Sequence record: PZ386951.1
DNA: 64,000 nt
From: a phage
Strand: one strand, 5' to 3'
Notes under the pieces: model-generated
Told to the model about the DNA's origin: nothing
Database searches by the model: none
Seen by the model: the letters and a program-made list of their open reading frames with translations, nothing else
Shown here: positions 1 to 9,492 of the stretch, piece after piece
How positions within the stretch are numbered: position 1 is the first letter of the stretch
How the letters are laid out: every line of letters begins with the position of its first letter
Program-made: the position numbers and the translations under genes

Positions 1-549
1 AGCATAACTACAATCAAGATATTTCAATTTCATCTTATTTGAGAGTTTAAGCTTTTTCTCATCGGTCCAGTGATTCTTCATTGAATTAGATATTTTGTAT
101 TTTACTTCAGAACTATGTTTGTAACCTTTACGAATACCGACATACTCAGGCGTAATTTCAGATTGCGAAAGCTTTACAATTTTTCCAGTTAAAACATTTT
201 TATATGTTCCATATCCTTTAGCACCAATTAAAGTATTTTCATCTGCGTATGCTTTATTAAAATATTTTATATTACTTTTTGCTTTAACTTTTAATTGAAA
301 AAATCTCTCCAATTTTCTTGGATCTAATATAGTTTCAGCTAAAATTTTGACGGTATATTTAGTGGTTTTAATAAGTTCAAAATATTCATCGCTATAACTC
401 GATGACACGCTTCCAGTATAAATCTTTCCAGCTGAATCAATTATATTTGTTCCATCGAAAATTGCGTTAATTTTTGAACCTATATAATAACACGGAAAAA
501 TATTTTTAGCTTCCCGCTCTGGAAAGCTAATAAGATATACTAAATTCAT
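1..549 (-). CDS. GIY-YIG (Seg-like) homing endonuclease-like protein, N-terminal ~183 codons; 3' end lies beyond the window start
   Basis: Own translation of the minus strand from ATG 549..547: [26 protein letters not shown]... (spacing fits GIY-(10)-YIG), later HWTDEKK. Start overlaps rpbA stop (ATGA). Absent from ORF track because truncated. Confidence 0.5.
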   Translation of the reverse strand, partial: MNLVYLISFPEREAKNIFPCYYIGSKINAIFDGTNIIDSAGKIYTGSVSSSYSDEYFELIKTTKYTVKILAETILDPRKLERFFQLKVKAKSNIKYFNKAYADENTLIGAKGYGTYKNVLTGKIVKLSQSEITPEYVGIRKGYKHSSEVKYKISNSMKNHWTDEKKLKLSNKMKLKYLDCSYA

Positions 550-935
550 TTATTAAACTCGGCCACAATTGTTTCCGCAACAATTTGTGCAGCAACAATC
601 AGACGTTCATCTGCATTACCACAATAATCATCTTCAAGGCGTTCACCGCATGAAGTCATAATAAATTTAGCACCGGCGTTTAGGGATTCTGTAGTATGTT
701 TGCGCATTAGTTCAATCCATTTATTACTTACTTCACGATCGATAGCTTCATAATACGCATGACGAGCAGGTGCAGATTTAATTTTGTTCTGAATAACTTC
801 CATTGCGTTATCAGAAAGAGACAAAACCCATGCTCGACGAATTTTATTTTGGTTTTGTGGATTTGATTCAGAACGCACGTGTTTTGGCTGAATATCTTTT
901 ACGTCAACAGTATAATTCACAGTAATTTTAGTCAT
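546..935 (-). CDS. rpbA: RNA polymerase-binding protein RpbA-like (129 aa)
   Basis: 129 aa ORF directly downstream of gene 46/45.2 in T4 order; size matches T4 RpbA as recalled. Assignment by synteny and length only. Confidence 0.6.
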   Translation of the reverse strand: MTKITVNYTVDVKDIQPKHVRSESNPQNQNKIRRAWVLSLSDNAMEVIQNKIKSAPARHAYYEAIDREVSNKWIELMRKHTTESLNAGAKFIMTSCGERLEDDYCGNADERLIVAAQIVAETIVAEFNK

Positions 936-944
936 AATACACCT

Positions 945-1133
945 TTAGTCATAATAATCAGTAACAGTCCAAGCTTCATTTCTATTGGACATTATTTTTG
1001 TATATTCTGCTTTAAATGCATTCCTAAGCATAGATTCAGTAACTATATGCTCTTCATTAGAAAAATTATTTCTCAGAATATATCGTTTTATTTCAGGAAT
1101 AGTTAATAGATGCTGTCCAGTTGAATATTCCAT
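945..1133 (-). CDS. hypothetical protein (T4 45.2 position, 62 aa)
   Basis: 62 aa ORF between gene 46 and rpbA; synteny only. Confidence 0.5.
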   Translation of the reverse strand: MEYSTGQHLLTIPEIKRYILRNNFSNEEHIVTESMLRNAFKAEYTKIMSNRNEAWTVTDYYD

Positions 1134-1188
1134 GTTTTTCCTCCATAGAGATTATACTCTAATAAATTAAAGCATAATCTCTTATAAA

Positions 1189-2871
1189 TTAAACCATTAC
1201 AGTAAATCGACCGACTTTCTTCATTTGAAGATGCTGACCATATTCTTGCGGGTCATGGTCTTTATGCGAAATTATAAAAACATTAGTGTTTTTCATTGAA
1301 TTTATAATATTAGCTACACCTTTAATACCTTCGGCATCAAATGACCCATCAAACACTTCATCAAGAATTAATGTACTAATACTAACACCAGATACGATAG
1401 AAGCAATATCACGCCAAGTAAATAAAAGAGCAATATCGATTCGTGCCTTTTCACCTTCACTAAATGAAGCATAACTAAAATCTTCACGACCACGGGATTT
1501 AATTGTCTCATTAAATTCTTCATCTAATGTAAACACATAATCCGCTTCCATTATTTTAAGATAATGGTTAATCTGCTTATTAAATAATGGAATGTACTTT
1601 TTAATAATAGCACCTTTAATACCAGAATCTTTGAGCATATCAGTCAAAATTCCTCGGTGATATTTTTCCATTACTAAATTAGTTTTTGTCTTAACAATTT
1701 TATCAAGTTCTTCTTGAAGCAGTGCTATTTCGTCAGCATGGTCAATAAACTCAGAAGATGCTTTTTCTATAGCTGCTTTAACTTTTTTGGCTTTATCTAC
1801 CGTCGTGATTAGAGATTGCTTTTTATTGCGAATATCATTTGCCAACGACTGCTGGGTTTTAATATTATCTCGGTATTCATCAACAAGAACTTTTAAATTA
1901 TCACGATGTGTTGAAAGCTGTTCAAACGAATGCGTACATTCAGAAACTTTATCTTTAATTTTAGAAACAACTTTATCACCGGAACTCAATTGTGACAAAC
2001 AGGTTGGACATAATCCACCTTCGTGATACATATTAATGACTTTATTATATGAGTCAATTTTTGATTTAATTAAAAATGCTTCTTGACCGATTTTATTAAA
2101 TGCATCAGTCGGGTCTTCATCCAAAACAATATTAACTAATCTTTCATTAGCTTCTTCTATTTCCGATTTTAGCGTTCTAGCTTCTTTTGCCAAATCATCA
2201 TACATATTTTGTAGACGAGTAAGGTTGTCACCCGTTAATTTTTTCTGGCGTTCAACGTTATCATTATATATTTTAATTTGTTGGATAATACTATCTTTTT
2301 TAACATCAAGCACTTGGTTTTGTGAATTTAATTCACGTATTAGTGCTTTATTAAGCTTATCCATTTCAGCTAATGTTCCTACCTCAAGCAGGTCTTCCAC
2401 AAGCTTTCTTCGCGCAGGGGTCGACAAACCCATGAAAGGGGTATACCCTGCTGTACCAAGGACAACAATCTGCTTGAAACTGGCATATGACATTCCGATA
2501 AGCTGTTCAAATTCTGCTTGGAAATCTTTACTGCTGGCAGATTCATTAAGACGTGTACCGTTAACGGTGATTTCGAAAACGTTTGGTTTTTGTCCTCTTT
2601 TGATATAGTACTTTTTCTCATCATATTCCATCCACAGTTCAACTAAAAGTTCTTTCTTATTTGTGCTGTTTATTAATTGACCTTTCTTTACATCACGGAA
2701 TGGCTTGCCAAAAAGCCCAAATGTGATGGCTTCTAACATAGTAGACTTACCACCGCCATTTCGTCCAGTAATAAGAGTTTTTTGAACCTTATCTAATTGA
2801 ATGTCAATCCCATTTTGACCAACTGACATTATATTTTTATATTTTACTCTATTAAGTTTAAAATTCTTCAC
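1189..2871 (-). CDS. 46: recombination endonuclease subunit gp46 (Rad50/SbcC-like ATPase)
   Basis: 560 aa; Walker A GRNGGGKST near N-terminus, long central coiled coil, C-terminal ATPase half; length equals T4 gp46. Confidence 0.9.
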   Translation of the reverse strand: MKNFKLNRVKYKNIMSVGQNGIDIQLDKVQKTLITGRNGGGKSTMLEAITFGLFGKPFRDVKKGQLINSTNKKELLVELWMEYDEKKYYIKRGQKPNVFEITVNGTRLNESASSKDFQAEFEQLIGMSYASFKQIVVLGTAGYTPFMGLSTPARRKLVEDLLEVGTLAEMDKLNKALIRELNSQNQVLDVKKDSIIQQIKIYNDNVERQKKLTGDNLTRLQNMYDDLAKEARTLKSEIEEANERLVNIVLDEDPTDAFNKIGQEAFLIKSKIDSYNKVINMYHEGGLCPTCLSQLSSGDKVVSKIKDKVSECTHSFEQLSTHRDNLKVLVDEYRDNIKTQQSLANDIRNKKQSLITTVDKAKKVKAAIEKASSEFIDHADEIALLQEELDKIVKTKTNLVMEKYHRGILTDMLKDSGIKGAIIKKYIPLFNKQINHYLKIMEADYVFTLDEEFNETIKSRGREDFSYASFSEGEKARIDIALLFTWRDIASIVSGVSISTLILDEVFDGSFDAEGIKGVANIINSMKNTNVFIISHKDHDPQEYGQHLQMKKVGRFTVMV

Positions 2872-3131
2872 AAAAGATTCCTTTTAATGTATCTTTTAGA
2901 CCATTCTATCATATCATCATAATCTAAAAAGTATTCATCAAATTCAGCCATGCAAACAACGCCTTGTGCTGTTTTTGATGTGATATAAATTATTCCAACA
3001 TATCTAGAATCTTCTTCGGTATAATCAATGTTTGCTATGAATTCATCATTAATGTCAAATGTCGAAAACTTCACAGTATGCATCCTTAATACAAGATACA
3101 GCCATATCTCGTAATGATTTAGGTGTGTCAT
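2868..3131 (-). CDS. hypothetical protein (87 aa)
   Basis: ORF between genes 47 and 46; stop overlaps gene 46 start. Confidence 0.5.
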   Translation of the reverse strand: MTHLNHYEIWLYLVLRMHTVKFSTFDINDEFIANIDYTEEDSRYVGIIYITSKTAQGVVCMAEFDEYFLDYDDMIEWSKRYIKRNLL

Positions 3132-3318
3132 TATCTAAAATGTTGAAGTTAAAAGATACAGCCCAGTCAGTGCAGACTGTAACCTTTTTAATACAATTAT
3201 CTTCAACCTCTAACGGTTCAAACCAGTATTCAATAATTTCTTTATGCCCAATATCATCTTTTACTTCGCATTCAAAATGCTGACTCATCATAACATTTTT
3301 AAATTCATCAAAAGTCAT
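3055..3318 (-). CDS. hypothetical protein (87 aa)
   Basis: ORF overlapping neighbours by a few codons; start may be internal. Confidence 0.45.
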   Translation of the reverse strand: MTFDEFKNVMMSQHFECEVKDDIGHKEIIEYWFEPLEVEDNCIKKVTVCTDWAVSFNFNILDNDTPKSLRDMAVSCIKDAYCEVFDI

Positions 3319-4334
3319 TGTGTTGCCTCTACATATAACTGATTTGCATATTGAATAAGTGCTTCACGGTCAGAATCAGTGATGTCTGGAATTGCATTAA
3401 TATACTCTTCCATTAATGTCTGAAGCGATTGAACTTCAACTTCTTCACTGTCATCTGACTCGACAGAGTTATCAATCTTTGACACAACTCGTAATGAATG
3501 CACAACTTTTTCTAGTTCAGATTCGAACTTCGTCAGATTTTTGTCTACCTCAGTTACTATAACACGTACTGATAGATTTGTAAAATCTTTATAGTCAATT
3601 TTTCCTTTAAATGGATAATGAATTCTACGATGCCAGGTAGTGTTGTTTGGAATAAATTCCATTCGTTCTGTTTCTGTATCAAACATCCAGAACCCACGAG
3701 GGTCATTCTCGTCACCTGCAGTTAGTGTCCATGGTGTACCAATATATCTGACGTTAGCAGCCTCAGAGATAGTATGGAAGTGACCAGACCACACTTCTTT
3801 ATAAGTCTTAAGGAAATCAGGTTCAAGACCGTGAGATTTCATTCCTTTATAAAAATAAAATCCATTCAGCTCCCAGTGACCAACACAAAAAGAAGCAGAT
3901 GAAGTTTTGATGTGTTCAAGAATTTCACCAGTATTTTCTTCACACATCCAAGGAATTAAATCAATTAAACATCCGTCAAAATCTACTGTAGTAGGCTTAT
4001 CATATACTTTAACATTAGGATATTTAGCCAAAAGCTCAGTAGAGGCATTTGGATGCATTACATTTTTGTAGTGGAGATCGTGATTTCCTACAATAGTATG
4101 TAATGTGATTCCAGCACCATCAAGCATTTGAACTATTTCACGGGCAAACTCCATAGTTTTATGCGTGATTGCTTTTCGCACATCAAAAATATCACCATAT
4201 TGAATCCATACAGTAATTCCATTTTTCTTAGAATATTCTATCGCTTGCTTAATTCCATCAATTTGAATACCGCGAATCCACTCATCATCAGCTTTAACGC
4301 CTAAATGCCAATCACCTAAATTTAAAATTTTCAT
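3315..4334 (-). CDS. 47: recombination endonuclease subunit gp47 (Mre11/SbcD-like phosphoesterase)
   Basis: 339 aa; calcineurin-like motifs GDWHLG, GDIFD, GNHD, GHWE/GHFH; length equals T4 gp47. Confidence 0.9.
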   Translation of the reverse strand: MKILNLGDWHLGVKADDEWIRGIQIDGIKQAIEYSKKNGITVWIQYGDIFDVRKAITHKTMEFAREIVQMLDGAGITLHTIVGNHDLHYKNVMHPNASTELLAKYPNVKVYDKPTTVDFDGCLIDLIPWMCEENTGEILEHIKTSSASFCVGHWELNGFYFYKGMKSHGLEPDFLKTYKEVWSGHFHTISEAANVRYIGTPWTLTAGDENDPRGFWMFDTETERMEFIPNNTTWHRRIHYPFKGKIDYKDFTNLSVRVIVTEVDKNLTKFESELEKVVHSLRVVSKIDNSVESDDSEEVEVQSLQTLMEEYINAIPDITDSDREALIQYANQLYVEATQ

Positions 4335-4469
4335 ATATCAAGAACCGTCATTGAAATGCAAAATAAAATTATTGAAATAAACCCATCTGGGGTGCTAAAG
4401 AACCCAATCCAACATGCTCTAGTGAATAGATAAAATGCGAGAAAAAGTATCACATATCCAAGAAATATC

Positions 4470-4497
4470 ATTATATCAAACTCCGTATAAAGCTAAA
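4470..4497 (-). promoter_or_regulatory. candidate MotA-type middle promoter upstream of gene 47
   Basis: Minus strand reads tttaGCTTTAtacggagtttgaTATAATga: MotA-box-like AGCTTTA about 12 nt upstream of TATAAT. Confidence 0.3.
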
Positions 4498-4511
4498 GGG
4501 CCGAAGCCCTT
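4496..4511 (-). terminator. stem-loop aagggc-cgaa-gccctt immediately after the a-gt stop (UUCG loop on minus-strand RNA)
   Basis: Perfect 6-bp GC-rich stem with tetraloop; identical 16-mer recurs at 7873..7888. Confidence 0.5.
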
Positions 4512-5713
4512 TATTTTGTAATAATGTCAAACTGCTCTTTAAAGCAGAAGCTTGAATCTTGATGCTGATACAAAAATTCATATGCTTTTTCTCGCTCACG
4601 GTCATAAAGAGCTCGGTCAGATGACAGTTCTTTAATACGCTCGAATGTTGATTCCATGTCATTTTCATCAAACCAAATGATACCGCTATCATGAGAAATT
4701 AATGGAGTGTTATCAACACGGAATTTTAAATTTTCGCCCGTAGATTTCCAAAATACCGGAATTGTTCCACATGCACCAAGCTCGAGATGAGTATATTCTA
4801 AAGAGCGCTGTAGATATTTTTTATCCAACTTACTCAACTGATAACCAAAACCGGATTTACTCATACGTTCAAGCATTTCGCTATTTACATAACGGTCAAG
4901 AATTTGCGTTGGCAAATTAGGAGCAATTTTAATTTGGTCTACTTGATGAAGACGATAATACTCGTATGGAATTCCTTTTTCTTTAATAGGAATGAACGCT
5001 GGAGAACGTTCTAGACCTTCCATAATAGTACTTAGTCCTGCAGGTTTAAGATATTTTTCATGAAAATCAAACATCTGATAAAAACCTTTCCATGTAGTCG
5101 TACGACCAATCCAACGATTGATATTCATGTTAATTTCAGAAACATCTTTCCAGTATGTTGATCGAACCTTTGCAATATCCATCGGAGGCTGAAAGTTATA
5201 TACGGTCGGTGCTTCTTCAATATCATCAAACAGAGAAACAGTTTCTGGATACCACTCTTTCATCAGAACTTTATTAAAATCACCATTATCAGAATGGCTA
5301 AAAATAACATCAGCCCGACGAACAGTTTCTTCTAATCCCAAATTTCGACGCAAAGAAAGAGAAGAATGGTCATGCTGATAAACTACAACACGAACCGAAG
5401 GTTTAATGTTATCAATAATTTTTTTATAGTTATTAATTGTGTCTTCTTCAACTGAAGTAGCAGGAACTGAATTGATAATTAGAATATCACAATCATTTAC
5501 CAGCTTAAGTGTTTTATCGTATTCTTTTGCCAATAAAACAGGAATTGAAAATGATTTATAATCATGTGCACAGTTACGAGTAAATGATTTATCTTTAGCA
5601 TAAACCAAAGTTACTTCATGACCATTTTTAATAAACCAATCACGTTGCTCAAGAGAAAATTTAGTTACACCACAACCTTCAAGACCTCGAGCCATAAAAA
5701 TACATACTTTCAT
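4511..5713 (-). CDS. a-gt: DNA alpha-glucosyltransferase-like (hydroxymethylcytosine glucosylation)
   Basis: 400 aa, same length and position as T4 a-gt between 47 and 55; N-terminus MKVCIFMARGLEGCGVTKF resembles recalled T4 AGT. Confidence 0.75.
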   Translation of the reverse strand: MKVCIFMARGLEGCGVTKFSLEQRDWFIKNGHEVTLVYAKDKSFTRNCAHDYKSFSIPVLLAKEYDKTLKLVNDCDILIINSVPATSVEEDTINNYKKIIDNIKPSVRVVVYQHDHSSLSLRRNLGLEETVRRADVIFSHSDNGDFNKVLMKEWYPETVSLFDDIEEAPTVYNFQPPMDIAKVRSTYWKDVSEINMNINRWIGRTTTWKGFYQMFDFHEKYLKPAGLSTIMEGLERSPAFIPIKEKGIPYEYYRLHQVDQIKIAPNLPTQILDRYVNSEMLERMSKSGFGYQLSKLDKKYLQRSLEYTHLELGACGTIPVFWKSTGENLKFRVDNTPLISHDSGIIWFDENDMESTFERIKELSSDRALYDREREKAYEFLYQHQDSSFCFKEQFDIITK

Positions 5714-5734
5714 TTAATATCCTCTTTGTTTTGG

Positions 5735-5758
5735 TTTATTTTACCAAAAATTTATAAA
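5735..5758 (-). promoter_or_regulatory. candidate MotA-type middle promoter upstream of a-gt
   Basis: Minus strand: TGCTTTA (exact MotA-box core, plus 5752..5758), 11 nt, TAAAAT. Confidence 0.35.
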
Positions 5759-5763
5759 GCAAT

Positions 5764-5783
5764 ATAGGAGCCGAAGCTCCTAT
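5764..5783 (-). terminator. stem-loop ataggagc-cgaa-gctcctat
   Basis: 8-bp stem with tetraloop in the intergenic region upstream of a-gt. Confidence 0.4.
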
Positions 5784-5956
5784 CCACATAATACACCGTA
5801 TAGAGGCTCATTAGAGCTTCTAAATTTTCTGCGCTTATATGTTATAGTTCCTTCTGCTTTAGCTTTATCATGAGACTCTTTAAAGCGTCTCATCATTTCC
5901 TCTTTAGAGGAACGAATTTTATTATAATCTATTTCAGAAGTCTGGGTGTTCATCTT

Positions 5957-6163
5957 TCATAACTGCCACCATTTTTTGACTTGATAAGAATCAACCCACA
6001 CTTTCATATTAGGGTTTGCTCTTACAATAGGAGGATTAACTTCTTTAATTGAACTATCGTGGTATTCTTTTTCAGAAATTTTCACACAAAGATGACCATT
6101 CAAAGATTCAGTAAATCCTGCATTAATTTTAAGACGCTTGAATTTTACGTGTGTAAGCATCAA
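5957..6163 (-). CDS. hypothetical protein (68 aa)
   Basis: ORF in the a-gt/55 interval. Confidence 0.45.
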   Translation of the reverse strand: MMLTHVKFKRLKINAGFTESLNGHLCVKISEKEYHDSSIKEVNPPIVRANPNMKVWVDSYQVKKWWQL

Positions 6164-6446
6164 TCATATCCTCAATCTGCGATCTAGTAGTCTTCCAAAG
6201 AATACTGATGAGTTCATCGTTATATGGCTGTTTTAGAATATCCCGACTTTTCTTGATAGCATATTCGTATTGAGCAAAATTATTATTTTCAGCTGCAATC
6301 TGAGCGTGCTTATAAAGACGATTCAGTTCACGTTTGTTTTTAGACAATAACTTATTTGCTTTTCTTTCTGCTTCAAGACGGTTCTTTTCTTCAATAGAAG
6401 AAATAAGCTTTTCCACTTCATCATTAATTTCGGGTTTATCAGTCAT
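6129..6446 (-). CDS. hypothetical protein (105 aa, charged/helical)
   Basis: ORF in the a-gt/55 interval. Confidence 0.5.
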   Translation of the reverse strand: MTDKPEINDEVEKLISSIEEKNRLEAERKANKLLSKNKRELNRLYKHAQIAAENNNFAQYEYAIKKSRDILKQPYNDELISILWKTTRSQIEDMIDAYTRKIQAS

Positions 6447-6447
6447 A

Positions 6448-6666
6448 TTATTTCTCTAATATAAAATAAAAATCATCATCTGTTAAATGATACCGATAGT
6501 TTAATTCTACACCATTAGATTTAAAAGCGGTATCATACGGATTTTCTGGATCAATATCAATGTCAAGAGCTAAAACTTCCCTGAGATACATTTTAAGTAA
6601 ATAGGGAATAGCTTCAACTTCAGGTATTTCTTCCAAGAATCCGGAGAGGTTAATCGTTAGCCTCAT
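6448..6666 (-). CDS. hypothetical protein (72 aa)
   Basis: ORF directly downstream of gene 55. Confidence 0.45.
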
Positions 6667-7207
6667 ATAAAAAATCCAAACTAGGAGAATCGTCTACAAC
6701 ACTTTTCTTTTCAGCCCCCGGTGTTCTATAAGTTGATTCTTCGTAATGCGTCATTTTATCGTAGATGTCTTGAATAAAAGTTTCATCTACTAACGCAACC
6801 ATATCGTCGTCACGACTGTCATAGACATTGTGAACGAAGTAACTATATTTCTTTGCAACTTCCTTACGTTCTTTTTTAATACGTTGGACGAATGCATTAA
6901 AACAAGCTTGAGTTATATATGCATGTGGGTTTTTATATTTCGTTTCATCAAAATTATGAAGCCCCTTAATAGAAGCTTCTATACCGTCTGCAATCATTTC
7001 TTGTTTCCAAGACTGGGTGTATCCTGAAAAGTTGAAACGTTTAGATAAGCCTTCTGCAATAAGCATAATGGCTAATCCGATAGTATCATTCTGACGAACT
7101 ACTTTATTTGGGTCTTTATTATTTGCTAATTCTGTTTTCCAATCAATAATAGCTTGTAAAAGCTCTTTATTGTTTACGTAATTATATTTAGGCTTAGTTT
7201 CTGACAT
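6650..7207 (-). CDS. 55: late-transcription sigma factor gp55
   Basis: Sequence from [16 protein letters not shown] matches recalled T4 gp55 N-terminus; 185 aa when started at the second Met of the track ORF. Confidence 0.85.
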
Positions 7208-7289
7208 TTTCACCTCTTAGCTCAATTCATAGATCTATTATATCATAATATTTGAAGATCTATCTTAAAGCATAGAGGATGAATCAATT

Positions 7290-7505
7290 TCAAGAATTCA
7301 TCAGCTTAGCCGCTCCAAGAGCTGCATCTAGTGAATCAAATTGGTCAACATATTCAATCAATTCGCCGTAATTAGCGTATAACCACCATTGGCTAAATTC
7401 ATACTCAAGGATGAATCCATTTCCTTCAATTTGAGTTAAACCATTGCCGTTTGTATTTACTTCATATCCGGCAAGACGTAAATCGTTAATAAGAGCTTCG
7501 TTCAT
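7290..7505 (-). CDS. hypothetical protein (71 aa)
   Basis: ORF in the 55/nrdH interval. Confidence 0.45.
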   Translation of the reverse strand: MNEALINDLRLAGYEVNTNGNGLTQIEGNGFILEYEFSQWWLYANYGELIEYVDQFDSLDAALGAAKLMNS

Positions 7506-7507
7506 AA

Positions 7508-7834
7508 TTATACCTTAGTAATTTTCAGGTCTGCAAATTTTTTCTTGCGTTGATTTTTCATGCGACGAATAGTTTTATCGGAAATTTCATGCTTTTGATA
7601 AGCTTTAGATTCTACACCAAAAGCTTTAACATCAAATTCTGACAAGATATATTGAACCAACAATTCACGGACAGTATTGCGTCCAATCTTCTGATCATTC
7701 TGTTTCATCGTCTGATGAAGCTCTTTTTCCCATTTATCCAAAATTTGAGGAGTTACAATATCGCCTTTTTCTAGCAAAGAAACTACTTTATCATATGCGT
7801 AAGAATTGATGGCGTTTTTAATTTGAATAGTCAT
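7508..7834 (-). CDS. hypothetical protein (108 aa)
   Basis: ORF in the 55/nrdH interval. Confidence 0.5.
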   Translation of the reverse strand: MTIQIKNAINSYAYDKVVSLLEKGDIVTPQILDKWEKELHQTMKQNDQKIGRNTVRELLVQYILSEFDVKAFGVESKAYQKHEISDKTIRRMKNQRKKKFADLKITKV

Positions 7835-7872
7835 ACATTATCCTCAATTACGTTAAAATTTTATTATCCAAA

Positions 7873-7888
7873 AAGGGCCGAAGCCCTT
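7873..7888 (-). terminator. stem-loop aagggc-cgaa-gccctt (same 16-mer as 4496..4511)
   Basis: Overlaps the stop of ORF 7887..8087. Confidence 0.45.
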
Positions 7889-8087
7889 AGCTAAACTTTT
7901 TGGCACCCTTCCAGCCTTCATACATCATTGCGGCTGATATTAATATTGCTCCTGAGCAACTTGAATATTTGTGATTCCAAAACCAGTTTAGAAAAACTTC
8001 ATCGTCAATACCTTGGGCTATCATATTTTCAAAGAACTGACGACGAGATTCGGCAATTCGTTGTGATAATTTAGATTCAGGATTCAT
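7887..8087 (-). CDS. hypothetical protein (66 aa)
   Basis: ORF. Confidence 0.45.
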   Translation of the reverse strand: MNPESKLSQRIAESRRQFFENMIAQGIDDEVFLNWFWNHKYSSCSGAILISAAMMYEGWKGAKKFS

Positions 8088-8303
8088 TTAAATTTTCCAG
8101 TTACCGTTTTCATCAATAAATTTAATCCAGTCATTTACTGACCACTTAGTTGTATCACCTTTTGGAGTAACATTTAAAGTGTATAACCCCTGCTTAAAAA
8201 GCATTCGTTTGATATTCATATTTTCCTCAGCTGTAACGATAACACTCGTTTGATTTACGTTTAGCAACTCGTTGAGAAGTATTATAATCAAAATCATCGT
8301 CAA
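8088..8303 (-). CDS. hypothetical small protein; start uncertain (internal Met would give 44 aa)
   Basis: ORF overlaps 8227..8565 by about 25 codons; internal MNIKRM start preceded by GAGGAA. Confidence 0.35.
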   Translation of the reverse strand: MTMILIIILLNELLNVNQTSVIVTAEENMNIKRMLFKQGLYTLNVTPKGDTTKWSVNDWIKFIDENGNWKI

Positions 8304-8520
8304 TGTAAACTGATTTTTTCAACTTTCTTACTTCACCACGTAATTGGCGATTTAGCTCATCTTTAACTTCTGAATCAATGCCTTTCATTCTACGCCATTT
8401 ATCCGAGCGAAAAATGTTTTCAACCATATCTTTATGACTTACCCCATCAGGAGCTTTACGCTTTCCGAAATAGTCATAATCACGCACTTTTAAGTCTTTA
8501 CGACGATACGTTTTACCCAT
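8227..8520 (-). CDS. hypothetical basic protein (~98 aa)
   Basis: Track ORF 8227..8565; likely start at MGKTYRRKD. Confidence 0.45.
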   Translation of the reverse strand: MGKTYRRKDLKVRDYDYFGKRKAPDGVSHKDMVENIFRSDKWRRMKGIDSEVKDELNRQLRGEVRKLKKSVYIDDDFDYNTSQRVAKRKSNECYRYS

Positions 8521-8695
8521 GGAGTTTAATTTCCTTAGCAACTGAACTAAATACAGCACGATCACAAATCATGCGTTTATGTAACTTGAGTATAATATAG
8601 CAAACTTCAAAACTATTTACATGAATAACACGAACAGCATTACCATTAATGAGATAATACTGTCCCTTTTTAATTTCTTTATCAACCACAACCAT
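8513..8695 (-). CDS. hypothetical protein (60 aa)
   Basis: First ORF after the early promoter at 8726..8755. Confidence 0.4.
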   Translation of the reverse strand: MVVVDKEIKKGQYYLINGNAVRVIHVNSFEVCYIILKLHKRMICDRAVFSSVAKEIKLHG

Positions 8696-8725
8696 ATCAA
8701 TTCCTCAAAGGTAATTCATATGTTA

Positions 8726-8755
8726 ATAATACCACGGTTTGAACTTGTTGTAAAC
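8726..8755 (-). promoter_or_regulatory. T4-type early promoter (-35 GTTTAC, extended -10 TGgTATTAT)
   Basis: Minus strand: GTTTACaacaagttcaaaccgTGGTATTAT; upstream ttttcacaaagtt element shared with other copies. Confidence 0.6.
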
Positions 8756-8836
8756 AACTTTGTGAAAAATATTTTAGGGAATGACAAGAAGGGAACGATA
8801 GCTTAGAATGGTAATATACAGAATGCGAGAAAGAAA

Positions 8837-8849
8837 GGCCCAGAGGGCC
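8837..8849 (-). terminator. GC stem-loop ggccc-aga-gggcc after nrdH stop
   Basis: Hairpin followed on minus strand by a T-rich run. Confidence 0.4.
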
Positions 8850-8853
8850 CGTC

Positions 8854-9162
8854 TTAATCTTCTATGATATCTCTATCATATCCAAGTGAAATGAGAGTTT
8901 CTTTGAAGTGTTTAATGTTCTTTTGTCTAGAATCATTAATGAAAATGACCGGATAACGAATGTTAAGAGATGTGAATCCAGCGCGTTTAGCAAGAGATAC
9001 AATCAGCGGACGATCATACTCAATCTTACCATTATTTGTAAGAACTTTATAGAAAGTAAAAGGAGCATTGAGCTCCTTTAGAAGTTTTGTAACTGATTGA
9101 CATCCAGGACAACGACCTACTTCATCTGGAATTCCATAGACTTCAATCTTATTTTGTTTCAC
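8854..9162 (-). CDS. nrdH: NrdH-like glutaredoxin (redoxin for anaerobic/class I RNR)
   Basis: 102 aa, CPGC redox motif (GRCPGCQ), adjacent to nrdG/nrdD. Confidence 0.7.
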   Translation of the reverse strand: MKQNKIEVYGIPDEVGRCPGCQSVTKLLKELNAPFTFYKVLTNNGKIEYDRPLIVSLAKRAGFTSLNIRYPVIFINDSRQKNIKHFKETLISLGYDRDIIED

Positions 9163-9164
9163 AA

Positions 9165-9377
9165 CTATTCCTTACTAAGAGCAGCATTCAGCTTGTTAGT
9201 AATTTTATCCAGACGCTTATTGAACTCACTAGAAGATAAGCCCTTTTCTGGAGAAATTAAACTAATAACGAAAAATACAACAATAAAAGGAATAAGGAAA
9301 ATAGCTCCAACTGCCATAAACAGAAAGAATGTTACAGTTGTAAGAAAATCAGCTAAACCTTTACGAAATTTATACAT
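9165..9377 (-). CDS. small membrane protein (70 aa)
   Basis: Single hydrophobic helix TVTFFLFMAVGAIFLIPFIVVFFVISL. Confidence 0.5.
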   Translation of the reverse strand: MYKFRKGLADFLTTVTFFLFMAVGAIFLIPFIVVFFVISLISPEKGLSSSEFNKRLDKITNKLNAALSKE

Positions 9378-9492
9378 ATTTTACCCTTAATTGATTAACC
9401 AAGCATTGATAAGCACTAAACTATATTGCGAATAAAATTCTGGACCAAAATGAAAAATCATATCATTTATAGTATCCATAATGTAATTCAAT

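Noticed and set aside
879-2642. Plus-strand ORFs (879..1106, 985..1170, 1286..1474, 1787..2026, 2225..2608) and the out-of-frame minus ORF 2379..2642
   Set aside because: They lie antisense to, or out of frame within, the well-supported genes 45.2 and 46, and have low-complexity AT-codon composition typical of shadow ORFs.
4471-4692. Minus-strand 73 aa ORF overlapping the 3' end of a-gt
   Set aside because: It is out of frame within a-gt and spans the a-gt stop and terminator hairpin; no RBS.
8621-8806. Plus-strand 61 aa ORF
   Set aside because: It overlaps an early promoter and a minus-strand gene; all neighbouring genes are on the minus strand.
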